From: Ylistrum balloti | Taxonomy: Eukaryota | NCBI RefSeq assembly: GCF_031769215.1 | Contig: NW_026782092.1 | Location: 620,001-684,000 of the forward strand | Reading direction: 5' to 3' | DNA length: 64,000 nucleotides | In this document: one piece after another, positions 38,802 through 50,605 of the stretch | How positions within the stretch are numbered: position 1 is the first letter of the stretch | How the letters are laid out: each line of letters starts with the position of its first letter | Translations under genes and position numbers: made by a program | The notes under the pieces: generated by a model | Seen by the model: the letters and a program-made list of their open reading frames with translations, nothing else | Told to the model about the DNA's origin: nothing | Databases searched by the model: none

Positions 38802-39371
38802 GGTGCCTAATCACAAAGCTAACCTGAATTGACTCGGGAAGTTTCTAGATTAATCGGTCGTTCTAGAACGTTTTCGATTATTTACAAATGACACATATAT
38901 CAATTTATTAAATTTTAATTTAATTAATTATTCTTTGATGAAAACTAAGACGTTAAAAACAGCTTAATGTCCCTTTCATAATTTTAAGCACCAAAATGAA
39001 CTGCTTGTATGCAGATGTAATATGTCTGACATTAATATGTTAATATGTTTATACAAGTATCATATGGAAATATTCATTGACATATACGATGTATATACTA
39101 AACATTAATTACGTAAACTAATCTTCAATGAATTGAAATTGACTACGTTTAGAAAAACTTCTTTTTGTCAGATTACTTTAATATACTTTAATGTTTCTGC
39201 GAAACGTATGATGTAGTATGCCCCCTTGAGGTGCCTCATAACAAGGCTGACCTAAATTCATTCGGGAAGTTTCTAGACCAATCGAATCACTGGAACGCTC
39301 TCGATTATCTAGATCATTCAAGAAAGTATAGTAGGGTATATAAACACGGTGCACACAAGCTGTGATCAGAA
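38802..39371 (+). promoter_or_regulatory. HSP70 copy 7 promoter (two HSE modules + TATA, 5-bp deletion before TATA)
   Basis: Same motifs; TATATAAA at 39337. Reads gaaagtata-gtaggg where the other copies read gaaagtatactatagtaggg. Confidence 0.87.
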
Positions 39372-39532
39372 TCAGAAAAGAAGTTCGACAGTTCTACTTG
39401 GAATACACACACAGCGGACTTAATACACGGTAGTGTGTATATATATCCAGCCTTTAGCGAGCGAGGGAGTGATCGACACGCAATACCTAAACAACAATAA
39501 CTCTACTTTCGATTTGACATTTGAAGACGAAT

Positions 39533-41473
39533 ATGGCAGGCTCACGTAAATCTCCAGCTATTGGAATTGACCTCGGCACAACATATTCCTGTGTCGGAGT
39601 ATTCCAACATGGGAAGGTGGAGATTATTGCCAACGACCAGGGAAACAGGACCACGCCTAGTTACGTGGCCTTTACGGACACGGAGAGACTGATCGGAGAC
39701 GCTGCCAAGGGCCAAGTAGCAATGAACCCACAGAACACTATCTTTGATGCAAAACGTCTAATTGGTCGGAAATACGATGACCATAATGTCCAGTCGGACA
39801 TGAAACACTGGCCATTTACGGTGGTCAGTAGCTCCGGTAAACCAAAGATTCAGGTGAACAGCAAATGCGACACCAAGCAGTTTACACCAGAGGAAATCAG
39901 CTCCATGGTGCTTACTAAAATGAAGGAGACGGCTGAAGCTTTCCTTGGTGAAAAGGTCAAGGATGCTGTGATCACTGTACCAGCCTACTTCAATGACTCC
40001 CAGAGACAGGCGACAAAGGACGCTGGGATCATCGCCGGACTGAACGTCCTGCGAATTGTCAATGAACCAACGGCTGCTGCGCTGGCCTATGGACTAGACA
40101 AGAACCTCAAAGACGAGAAAAATGTCCTCATCTTTGATTTGGGAGGAGGAACATTTGATGTGTCCATTTTGACGATCGACGAAGGATCGATATTCGAGGT
40201 TAAAGCTACTGCTGGTGACACACATTTAGGTGGAGAAGATTTCGACAACAGAGTTGTGAACCATTTCGTACAGGAGTTTAAACGGAAATATGGAAAAGAC
40301 TTGAGTAAGAACAGCAGGGCTTTACGAAGGCTTCGCACCGCATGTGAACGTGCCAAACGAACCCTTTCGAGCAGCAGCGAAGCAAGTATAGAAATCGACT
40401 CTCTGTTTGAGGGAATCGATTTCTACAGTAAACTCACCAGAGCTAGATTTGAGGACTTGTGTTCTGATCTTTTCCGTGCTACTCTAGAGCCTGTGGAAAA
40501 GGCACTTCGTGATGCTAAGATGGACAAATCGAAAATCCACGAGATTGTCTTAGTTGGCGGATCTACACGTATACCAAAGATCCAAAAGATGCTCGAAGAT
40601 TTCATGAACGGAAAACAGCTCAACAAATCTATCAATCCTGACGAAGCTGTAGCGTATGGTGCTGCAGTTCAAGCTGCCGTTCTTACCGGCGACAGCAGTG
40701 ACGTCATCAAGGACGTCCTTCTGGTGGACGTGGCTCCACTGTCCCTCGGAATAGAAACAGCTGGAGGTGTGATGACCAAACTGATCGAAAGGAACACTAG
40801 AATTCCCACGAAAACATCTCAAACGTTTACTACGTATTCTGATAACCAGCCCGGTGTCAGTATCCAGGTGTTCGAGGGAGAACGAGTCATGACAAAGGAC
40901 AATAATCAACTGGGAAGGTTTGAACTAAACGGCATCCCACCTGCACCCAGAGGTGTTCCACAAATCGAGGTCCAATTCGACATCGATGCTAATGGAATCC
41001 TCAATGTGTCGGCTGAGGATAAAAGTACTGGGAAATCCAACAAAATCACCATCACAAACGACAGGGGACGTTTGAGTAAAGAAGACATTGAGAAAATGGT
41101 AGCCGACGCAGAAAAATACAAAGATGAGGACGAGAAACAGAGGAAAAGAGTTTCTGCCAGAAATCAGCTGGAGAACTACATTTTCAGTGTCAAACAGGCG
41201 ATGGAAAATGTTGGTGACAAACTTTCATCAGAGGAAAAATCCACTGTGTGTCAGGGATGTGAGGACAATTTGAAGTGGTTGGACAGTAACACTATGGCGG
41301 ACGTGGAGGAATACGAATATAAACTAAAGGAATTTCAAAAACTGTGTTCACCTATCATGACGAAACTTCACGGGAGTTCACCACAGTCAAATGGCGGGGC
41401 ACCCAGTGGAGGTTGTGGTAGAGAAGCACAAGGAGGGTCAAGTACTGGCCCGACGGTAGAGGAAGTGTACTGA
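39533..41473 (+). CDS. hsp70: Heat shock protein 70, copy 7
   Basis: Intact 646-aa ORF, protein identical to copy 3. Confidence 0.98.
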   Translation: MAGSRKSPAIGIDLGTTYSCVGVFQHGKVEIIANDQGNRTTPSYVAFTDTERLIGDAAKGQVAMNPQNTIFDAKRLIGRKYDDHNVQSDMKHWPFTVVSSSGKPKIQVNSKCDTKQFTPEEISSMVLTKMKETAEAFLGEKVKDAVITVPAYFNDSQRQATKDAGIIAGLNVLRIVNEPTAAALAYGLDKNLKDEKNVLIFDLGGGTFDVSILTIDEGSIFEVKATAGDTHLGGEDFDNRVVNHFVQEFKRKYGKDLSKNSRALRRLRTACERAKRTLSSSSEASIEIDSLFEGIDFYSKLTRARFEDLCSDLFRATLEPVEKALRDAKMDKSKIHEIVLVGGSTRIPKIQKMLEDFMNGKQLNKSINPDEAVAYGAAVQAAVLTGDSSDVIKDVLLVDVAPLSLGIETAGGVMTKLIERNTRIPTKTSQTFTTYSDNQPGVSIQVFEGERVMTKDNNQLGRFELNGIPPAPRGVPQIEVQFDIDANGILNVSAEDKSTGKSNKITITNDRGRLSKEDIEKMVADAEKYKDEDEKQRKRVSARNQLENYIFSVKQAMENVGDKLSSEEKSTVCQGCEDNLKWLDSNTMADVEEYEYKLKEFQKLCSPIMTKLHGSSPQSNGGAPSGGCGREAQGGSSTGPTVEEVY

Positions 41474-42419
41474 TCATTTTGATATTGCTAGTCATTGTAA
41501 ATTGGAAAGGACAATCTACCATGTATTTGATTTTTATATGTGTGTTTTACATATACAACGAGGACATATGTGATAGTTTAATTTTAATGGTATTCTATGT
41601 GCAATTAAATTGTGATGTACAGTCAACAAATGTTGATAGATCTTGTTTGAATGAATCATACTCTGTTTAAGCAGTTATTTTTGTCGTTTTTATATTGTTA
41701 TTAAATAAAATTGTTAAAATAAGTATTAGGTTTTTCTTGTTTTTCTATATTGCATTTAATTTCTTATACAACTGAGTCCTATTTAATTCGATATGAAATA
41801 AAAAAAAAAAACAACATCTTATTCTATTACAAACATAGGAAGGGAAACGCCGGAGTAACGTGGTGTGAATAAGTAAAAAAATACACACATTGAAATCAAC
41901 CAGTCGGCCATTCATCCAGCGTTTCATCTCTAGGACTCTATAAATTAGCCAATGAGCGTCTTAGATTATGTTTCATCTAATTGCAATCCTTATTTAAATT
42001 CATATTTGGTAAAAAAGTGTGCTCTGTTGAGGTTTTCAATTGATAATAGACGAGAGATGAAAGAGGTTCTAAGAAGTATTTGATTTCATGAAAATGTAAA
42101 GTTTTAATATTTTTCAATATTTGTGAGCGGACTTAGACAGGTGTAAAACAAACACCAAGAATATACCAGCATGACAACATAATTATAATTCAAAATCTAC
42201 TTCCATTAAACTAGGGCAAAATATGAACAAAATAAATATTTTTAACGGAGACTTAAAAGACTGAGACTGAAAAAGCACAAGGAGAATAAGGCCAGGTGTT
42301 CCAGAGGAGTAAGTGTCTAGTAAACCTTGGTCAATCCAATTAAATAAAGTTACATTCTCAAATGAGAACTAGGTATACAACAACGGAACCAACAGGCAAA
42401 CTAACGAGCATCAAACACG

Positions 42420-42845
42420 TCCAGCTTCAGGTCGCATGTAGAAATAGAATATTTCTCCATGAGATCACTATGGTGATCTGAAAACTTCTCCCCCTCTCCC
42501 TTATTTTCATTAACCTACATCTTTTGAACCCCTGTGTTATGAGTTTGTCAGAAATCGAAAAACTCACAATTCAAATCATCTCGTTTATTATACAACTTGA
42601 TGGAAAGCTGTCCATGTTGATTTCGTAGTAGGAAAAGATCGAGATAAGCAGCCCAAGAGTCTGTGTATCTTTGCTTTCCAGTTATGGTGGATACATACGA
42701 TTGACGTAGTCTATAGATTTCTTGTTATTTAAAGTCAAGACGTCGTCAATATATCCGAAGGTGAAATGAAAGACTTTGCAAGGTCCTTTTTTACCCGTGT
42801 TGTCGGAGTATTTCCCTTAAAGTATTTGTTACTTTCACTTATAAT
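42420..42845 (-). mobile_element. Decayed Penelope-like element (PLE) reverse transcriptase fragment (unit 7-8, best preserved)
   Basis: Minus strand reads KKDLAKSF-(frameshift)-FTFGYIDDVLTLNNKKSIDYVNRMYPP*LESKDT, with YIDD at 42742-42753. This matches the recalled PLE (Naiad/Neptune-like) pattern ..SFNFTFRYIDDVLSLNN..F.D.V..IYP.ELEIKDT. Confidence 0.78.
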
Positions 42846-43856
42846 TTTTTTTGATACAAAATCTATATCTATAGCCGGTCGAGGTCTTTGTGATGTGTGC
42901 TTTAGTGGATATTGATATTTTCCACTTGTGTTGATCTGATAGGAATTGACGCTAGTTGTTTCATCACGTAGATGAATCATACAATAGCTCATAATTAGGA
43001 TTTTTCTTTCATAAGAACGAAGTTGTTCAAGACTTGTTGATTTATGCACAACTTGTCCATGTATGTAAACTGATAATTGACTAGATTTACACAGATCCGG
43101 TCCTAAAGGTTAACATTGTCTTAGAAATGAACTCGTTTATGACTACAGCTTGTGTTTTTTTGTAATTTGTGAAGAATAGCTAACTCGAGTGAAAGATATT
43201 CCATATACCACTCACTGTGTAACCTCTATATGTTCCTACTCGGAATGGTCCATGCTCATCAGAACACTAGTATCTCGACTGTTTTTCTCCTTTGATGTTA
43301 GCGTGATTGGGTAAGACACTTTACTTTCATTTTTTTTTTTTTTTTTTTGAGGACATGCGACAGAAATTTCGTATGTTTTTTTTAGAGATGTAGTGACTAT
43401 CTTCAACAAGGAGACCACATCATAAAATTACCCAACCTGTTTAAGAGGCGATCAATCCAATAAAACAAAATTCAACACGAAGACCCCGCCTCCATAACAC
43501 CATAGCTGTTCACGAGGCGATAAAACCTCCAAATTAAACTACAAGTAAACTCCGCCTCAAAATGAACATGACTAATGATATGGCTAAAAACTGAAAAAAG
43601 AAAAATGAAAATACAACTAGAGTTATACTACCAACGTCTAGACGAAGAGGGCGAAAACATATTCGTATTTTTTTCAATATTTTCATACGAGTAACACATA
43701 TAACAAATCTTTAATTTAATTAATTATTCTTTGATGAGACCCAAGACGTCCCTTTCATAATTTAAGCACGAAAATGAACTAGACGTTGGTAATATAATTC
43801 TAGTCTAATCTATTAAAACCAGGACAACCAGTGACCTACGCTCGGTTATGACCGGA

Positions 43857-45199
43857 TTGCTAGGAATGTGGTCTAGAAGAAGGCTAACTTTGATAGGGAA
43901 AATCACCGTAGTGAAAACTTAAGCACTCCCTTTACTCAATATTTTATTTTACACGTTATCTAGTCCTTCTGCAGACTTGATACAAAATATCAATTCAATT
44001 TTGCATAGATTTATTTGGGATTACAAACCTGATAAAATAAAACGAAATACACTTATTATGGGATATGAGGAAGGGGGGCTTTAAATGATTCATATAGAAA
44101 GTTTCCTGAAATATCTAAAGATTAAATGGGTTAAACGATTTCATGTGGGCAATGGAGACTGGCAAACATTAGCAAAATCAAAATTTAAATAACTTGGAGG
44201 AGATAGGCTTTGGAATTTAAATAAGCAGAAAATAAAGGAAATAGCAAGTGTAATTACAAATAAATTTTGGAAAGATGTTCTTCTATCCTGGAGTGAATTG
44301 AAAAGTGATGATCATCAGTCTGATATTTTAAATTATGTCACCATAAAGCATTTTAAAAATATTTAAATTATGACGAAAAGGGATTTAAAACAATTAGGGA
44401 TTTTCTAGATGAAAATTTACTATTTTTACCATTTAATCAAATAAAAGAAGTCTGTCATAATCTAAATTTTCTGCAATATTTTGCCTTCATTAATAAAATA
44501 CCAAAGGAAACAACTGAATCCATACGAATCACAGATAACAATGATGGAGATCTAGAGACACATCTACACAAGCTACTAACTAGAACAGACCATAAATACA
44601 TTTACCACTCCGTGTTACAAAAGCAAAAATACTACCCTGCATCTAAACAAAGAGAAATGGAAAAGAGATCTGGGCATAAATAATGAAAATACCTTAAACT
44701 GGGGAAAAATATATACACTGTAGTGTTTGTTTTTAAAACATGTCCAGATACAAAAACTACAAAATTTTCAATTTAAACTCTTACATAGAATTTTAACCAC
44801 AAATAAATTTCCATACAGAATTAAAATTGTAAGAGGTGAAAATTGTACTTTCTGTGAAAAAGAACAAGAATCTTTAACACACCTCTTTTATCAATGTGAA
44901 AACGTATATACATTATGGGAAGATTTAAAACAGTGGTTAAACAACATGCAAAAAATATCGCAATTTATGAATGGGACATAAAGGGAATTTTAATTTATTA
45001 TAATGATTTTATTTTGATTAATCACTTGATATTAATAACAAAATAGTATATATACACTTGTCGCTTTAGGAATGTAAAACCATCCTTCCCATGGCTTAAA
45101 TCTGTAATCTCTGTACAGTAGGAAGTTGAACGGAAAATTGCCTTTGAAAACAAATCTTTTATCAATTTTGAGGCTAAGTGGTCTCCCCTTGACATTTAA
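43857..45199 (+). mobile_element. Decayed Tx1/L1-clade LINE fragment (unit 7-8)
   Basis: Near-identical copy of 4258-5599. Confidence 0.85.
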
Positions 45200-45845
45200 G
45201 TCGGGTCATCTTCTTTTAATATCCAGAATACAGAATAATCCCTCCTGACAACCTTTTCATAGTCTCATGAGTCTTATACGTATACCCTGTTTCAAACTTA
45301 CTAAGATTTCTTTATGCATATAATATTAGTAAAAAAAGCCCTTATATATAACACTGAGTTTTTTTCCCTTTTTTTTCTTTGTTATTCTTGTCATGTATCT
45401 ATCTGTGTCTATATATATATATAACTATATATGTTTGTAAATCACATCTACATATGAGTTATTTTTAACATTTCATGTGACTATCAGTAGGTAATTTGCC
45501 AGTAATTATAATGATATAATATTCTACATGAATTGATACCTGATATTGAGCTTAAGATTTTTTGCAGACCATGCATACCACTCGTACTTGTTTCTTTGAT
45601 ATATTAAATGTAATATTTGTCTCTGTCTAAAACCTAGCAGGAAGCCTGGACCTGTTGGGTGTTTATGTATGCAGGTATGTTTTGTTTTGTGGTGTCAATG
45701 ACAAAAAGACATTATTTGACATTATACCTCATGAATCAATTACAAATTAAGGAAACCTCACGTATTTTATCTTTTGATCATAACTACTGTCTCAAGTGTC
45801 AATATTATGGTATTATACGATAAACGTGCAGATTTGCATCCTTAG

Positions 45846-46420
45846 GGTGCCTAATCACAAAGCTAACCTGAATTGACTCGGGAAGTTTCTAGATTAATCG
45901 GTCGTTCTAGAACGTTTTCGATTATTTACAAATGACACATATATCAATTTATTAAATTTTAATTTAATTAATTATTCTTTGATGAAAACTAAGACGTTAA
46001 AAACAGCTTAATGTCCCTTTCATAATTTTAAGCACCAAAATGAACTGCTTGTATGCAGATGTAATATGTCTGACATTAATATGTTAATATGTTTATACAA
46101 GTATCATATGGAAATATTCATTGACATATACGATGTATATACTAAACATTAATTACGTAAACTAATCTTCAATGAATTGAAATTGACTACGTTTAGAAAA
46201 ACTTCTTTTTGTCAGATTACTTTAATATACTTTAATGTTTCTGCGAAACGTATGATGTAGTATGCCCCCTTGAGGTGCCTCATAACAAGGCTGACCTAAA
46301 TTCATTCGGGAAGTTTCTAGACCAATCGAATCACTGGAACGCTCTCGATTATCTAGATCATTCAAGAAAGTATACTATAGTAGGGTATATAAACATGGTG
46401 CACACAAGCTGTGATCAGAA
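45846..46420 (+). promoter_or_regulatory. HSP70 copy 8 promoter (two HSE modules + TATA)
   Basis: Same motifs as copy 2; TATATAAA at 46386. Confidence 0.87.
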
Positions 46421-46581
46421 TCAGAAAAGAAGTTAGACACTTCTACTTGGAATACACACACAGCGGACTTAATACACGGTAGTGTGTATATATATCCAGC
46501 CTTTAGCGAGCGAGGGAGTGATCGACACGCAATACCTAAACAACAATAACTCTACTTTCGATTTGACATTTGAAGACGAAT

Positions 46582-48522
46582 ATGGCAGGCTCACGTAAAT
46601 CTCCAGCTATTGGAATTGACCTCGGCACCACATATTCCTGTGTCGGAGTATTCCAACATGGGAAGGTGGAGATTATTGCCAACGACCAGGGAAACAGGAC
46701 CACGCCTAGTTACGTGGCCTTTACGGACACGGAGAGACTGATCGGAGACGCTGCCAAGGGCCAAGTAGCAATGAACCCACAGAACACTATCTTTGATGCA
46801 AAACGTCTAATTGGTCGGAAATACGATGACCATAATGTCCAGTCGGACATGAAACACTGGCCATTTACGGTGGTCAGTAGCTCCGGTAAACCAAAGATTC
46901 AGGTGAACAGCAAATGCGACACCAAGCAGTTTACACCAGAGGAAATCAGCTCCATGGTGCTTACTAAAATGAAGGAGACGGCTGAAGCTTTCCTTGGTGA
47001 AAAGGTCAAGGATGCCGTGATCACTGTACCAGCCTACTTCAATGACTCCCAGAGACAGGCGACAAAGGACGCTGGGATCATCGCCGGACTGAACGTCCTG
47101 CGAATTGTCAATGAACCAACGGCTGCTGCGCTGGCCTATGGACTAGACAAGAACCTCAAAGACGAGAAAAATGTCCTCATCTTTGATTTGGGAGGAGGAA
47201 CATTTGATGTGTCCATTTTGACGATCGACGAAGGATCGATATTCGAGGTTAAAGCTACTGCTGGTGACACACATTTAGGTGGAGAAGATTTCGACAACAG
47301 AGTTGTGAACCATTTCGTACAGGAGTTTAAACGGAAATATGGAAAAGACTTGAGTAAGAACAGCAGGGCTTTACGAAGGCTTCGCACCGCATGTGAACGT
47401 GCCAAACGAACCCTTTCGAGCAGCAGCGAAGCAAGTATAGAAATCGACTCTCTGTTTGAGGGAATCGATTTCTACAGTAAACTCACCAGAGCTAGATTTG
47501 AGGACTTATGTTCTGATCTTTTCCGTGCTACTCTAGAGCCTGTGGAAAAGGCACTTCGTGATGCTAAGATGGACAAATCGAAAATCCACGAGATTGTCTT
47601 AGTTGGCGGATCTACACGTATACCAAAGATCCAAAAGATGCTCGAAGATTTCATGAACGGAAAACAGCTCAACAAATCCATCAATCCTGACGAAGCTGTA
47701 GCGTATGGTGCTGCAGTTCAAGCTGCCGTTCTTACCGGCGACAGCAGTGACGTCATCAAGGACGTCCTTCTGGTGGACGTGGCTCCACTGTCCCTCGGAA
47801 TAGAAACAGCTGGAGGTGTGATGACCAAACTGATCGAAAGGAACACTAGAATTCCCACGAAAACATCTCAAACGTTTACTACGTATTCTGATAACCAGCC
47901 CGGTGTCAGTATCCAGGTGTTCGAGGGAGAACGAGTCATGACAAAGGACAATAATCAACTGGGAAGGTTTGAACTAAACGGCATCCCACCTGCACCCAGA
48001 GGTGTTCCACAGATCGAGGTCCAATTCGACATCGATGCTAATGGAATCCTCAATGTGTCGGCTGAGGATAAAAGTACTGGGAAATCCAATAAAATCACCA
48101 TCACAAACGACAGGGGACGTTTGAGTAAAGAAGACATTGAGAAAATGGTAGCCGACGCAGAAAAATACAAAGACGAGGACGAGAAACAGAGGAAAAGAGT
48201 TTCTGCCAGAAATCAGCTGGAGAACTACATTTTCAGTGTCAAACAGGCGATGGAAAATGTTGGTGACAAACTTTCATCAGAGGAAAAATCCACTGTGTGT
48301 CAGGGATGTGAGGACAATTTGAAGTGGTTGGACAGTAACACTATGGCGGACGTGGAGGAATACGAATATAAACTAAAGGAATTTCAAAAACTGTGTTCAC
48401 CTATCATGACGAAACTTCACGGGAGTTCACCACAGTCAAATGGCGGGGCACCCAGTGGAGGTTGTGGTAGAGAAGCACAAGGAGGGTCAAGTACTGGCCC
48501 GACGGTAGAGGAAGTGTACTGA
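46582..48522 (+). CDS. hsp70: Heat shock protein 70, copy 8 (terminal copy, unique 3' flank)
   Basis: Intact 646-aa ORF, protein identical to copy 3. Downstream sequence stops matching the other units about 14 nt after TGA. Confidence 0.98.
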   Translation: MAGSRKSPAIGIDLGTTYSCVGVFQHGKVEIIANDQGNRTTPSYVAFTDTERLIGDAAKGQVAMNPQNTIFDAKRLIGRKYDDHNVQSDMKHWPFTVVSSSGKPKIQVNSKCDTKQFTPEEISSMVLTKMKETAEAFLGEKVKDAVITVPAYFNDSQRQATKDAGIIAGLNVLRIVNEPTAAALAYGLDKNLKDEKNVLIFDLGGGTFDVSILTIDEGSIFEVKATAGDTHLGGEDFDNRVVNHFVQEFKRKYGKDLSKNSRALRRLRTACERAKRTLSSSSEASIEIDSLFEGIDFYSKLTRARFEDLCSDLFRATLEPVEKALRDAKMDKSKIHEIVLVGGSTRIPKIQKMLEDFMNGKQLNKSINPDEAVAYGAAVQAAVLTGDSSDVIKDVLLVDVAPLSLGIETAGGVMTKLIERNTRIPTKTSQTFTTYSDNQPGVSIQVFEGERVMTKDNNQLGRFELNGIPPAPRGVPQIEVQFDIDANGILNVSAEDKSTGKSNKITITNDRGRLSKEDIEKMVADAEKYKDEDEKQRKRVSARNQLENYIFSVKQAMENVGDKLSSEEKSTVCQGCEDNLKWLDSNTMADVEEYEYKLKEFQKLCSPIMTKLHGSSPQSNGGAPSGGCGREAQGGSSTGPTVEEVY

Positions 48523-48900
48523 TCATTTTGAGATTGGTGTTGTTTTTCCGAATTGACAACTGCATTATTAATTTGCAATTTATTTGTAGAGATAAACAAT
48601 ATAGTATAAAATAGTATACATTGATGATGAAATCCGTGAGTAATTCACATTTAATACGGGTGTTTACTTTTACTGTTTACATTTACTGACATGACACTCA
48701 TTTCCAACACCATGTTCTGTCTTGGAATAGATTCTTTAAGTGCATTGTATAATCTAGGACTTGAGGTGTGTCAAGTGTCCGTGTTATGGTCGGGCCGTAT
48801 AATTGCAATTATCCGAACAATTATTAAACGTGTTCATGTTTTTTTGGGCATTGTTAAATGTATTATGAATTTGTATGGTATTTTTTATACTTTCTTTATA

Positions 48901-48906
48901 AATAAA
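48901..48906 (+). terminator. Candidate polyadenylation signal of HSP70 copy 8
   Basis: First AATAAA in the unique 3' flank, followed by TGT-rich sequence. Confidence 0.45.
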
Positions 48907-50310
48907 TATGAGAAATTACATTGTATGTATTTGTTTGATTGTGATACGAGTCCTAGGTCCGTGAAACCATTTTCAGGCTCAAGCAGCCTGGAATCTACCC
49001 TGATCTTAACGTTGTAAATAGTTTCAAAGAAAAAACATTAAACGCTGAAAATGATATCTCAGTCTTTTGCCTTAGCTTTAAACCATTAGAAATATTTATC
49101 CAGATATTAAGATTCATCACCGACAGTATTTGAGTCCGAGCACCGTGAGTTTCATTAATACTTACTTATATTATACACCCTATGTCGAAATAGATTTTAA
49201 GAAATAGTGACAGGTTGGTTAAGGCACAGCCAGTGTTGTTTCACATACAAATGTACCAATCATGACGTTTAGCCCATAATAAATTGGTTATCGATTGACT
49301 AAGGTTCGTGTGACAGTTCCAAATATTACAACATATTCAAATTTATTAGACTGTGTTTGTTTATTTCGATGACAAATTAATGATGTTCATTAGAATGATC
49401 ACACATATATATATAGTTTACATCTACTGAAAAACATTAGTTAAGATGTTTTGCATCAAGTACCATTAATTAAGCTGTCCATAATAAGAACAATTGGCCA
49501 GTTCTCCCCATATTAACCCATGCCAGAAAGTCTACTAGAACGGACTTTTGTAACACTTTCATTTAATACTATCTAGGTTCTATCGTCATAAATAAGGCCG
49601 TATCAATGAGTAACCTGGAAGATATTACATCACATGTCTGTTCTGTCTTATCCATCAGTAATTCTGAGATGTACCTTTATCATCATGTAATCTATCCAAC
49701 TGGTCACACTCTTATCTTCCCCACTAACATATAAGCTGGTGTATATTTTAGTGTTTGGCAGTTCCCCGACCGGTGTACACAAAATCTATCCGATCGCTAA
49801 TGAAACTACTTGATCCAACGTTGCTGGTTTCGTCGGACTTCAAAGAAAGTACTACACTTTGTTAACTTCCTGCAATGCCACACGTTAACTTCATTTTCAT
49901 TTCAAATACAATTGCAAAATATAAGACAGAATATTTAGTCTCCCTGTTGTTCTAGATTATATCTACAACGTTATAGGCCTATACCAAAGACATAGAATGC
50001 GTATGGAAACCGGACATGTGTAAGTCTAACAATCATATGCTAATAAGGAATGACGCACATCCTGGATCTGCGTCGCAATAGTACTTCAAATTCATGCATC
50101 CAGTATAAACGCACAAATGATCCGGGTCGTCCATTTTTAACGAATTTAATTTCTCAGTCGATTATTGTGGTCGATTAGAGCAGATAATAAACCCTTTATT
50201 AAACCCAAAATCAAGGAACATTAATACAACATATATCGAACATATTCAGTAATGGAATATGGTGTATATCGTTGTAAACTTCTTATTTTATAAATGTCGA
50301 CGAAAGTGTC

Positions 50311-50605
50311 GCTGGGAGTTGTGGCGTGCTCCTGTAATCCAGCTACCTGGAGGCTTGGTGTGGTGGACTGTTTGAGGGCGGGGGTCCTGCTTTCAGGTGC
50401 TCTATGTCGATCGGGCGTCCGCGCTAAGTTCGGCATCAATATGGCGACATCGGGGGAGCCCAGTGTCACCAGGTTGTCTAAGGAGGGACGAAACGGCCCA
50501 GGGTGGAAACACAGCAGGCAAAAGTCCCCGTGTCAAATAGTAGTGGGATCGCGCCCGTGAATAGGCATCGGTTAGTAGCCCGTCCAACATAGTGGGACCC
50601 ATTCC
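50311..50605 (+). ncRNA. RN7SL: 7SL / signal recognition particle RNA gene
   Basis: About 295 nt colinear with metazoan 7SL. Alu-domain 5' end GCTGGGAGTTGTGGCGTGCTCCTGTAATCC; conserved GATCGGGCGTCCGCGCTAAGTTCGGCATCAATATGG; helix 6 GGG-GGAG-CCC; helix 8 GGCCCAGG-GTG-GAAA-CAC-AGCAGG with paired substitutions; AGTAGTGGGATCGCGCC. TATAAA at 50289 and an oligo-T Pol III terminator from 50606. Confidence 0.96.

Larger units (their letters stand above)
1..48536 (+). repeat. Head-to-tail tandem array of at least 8 HSP70 gene units
   Basis: Stop codons at 1740, 8897, 19003, 25859, 31066, 36272, 41473 and 48522 give unit lengths 7157, 10106 (with LTR insert), 6856, 5207, 5206, 5201 and 7049 bp. Spacer blocks recur in the same order in every unit. 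Confidence 0.97.

Noticed and set aside
42676-42690. In-frame stop in PLE RT as possible selenocysteine recoding (known in some Naiad PLEs)
   Set aside because: The codon is TAA at a conserved Glu position (GAA>TAA), not TGA, and the fragment has frameshifts; this is ordinary decay.
48691-49017. 108-aa ORF in the unique flank after copy 8
   Set aside because: Hydrophobic AT-rich composition with no recognisable motif; it overlaps the probable 3' UTR and polyA signal.
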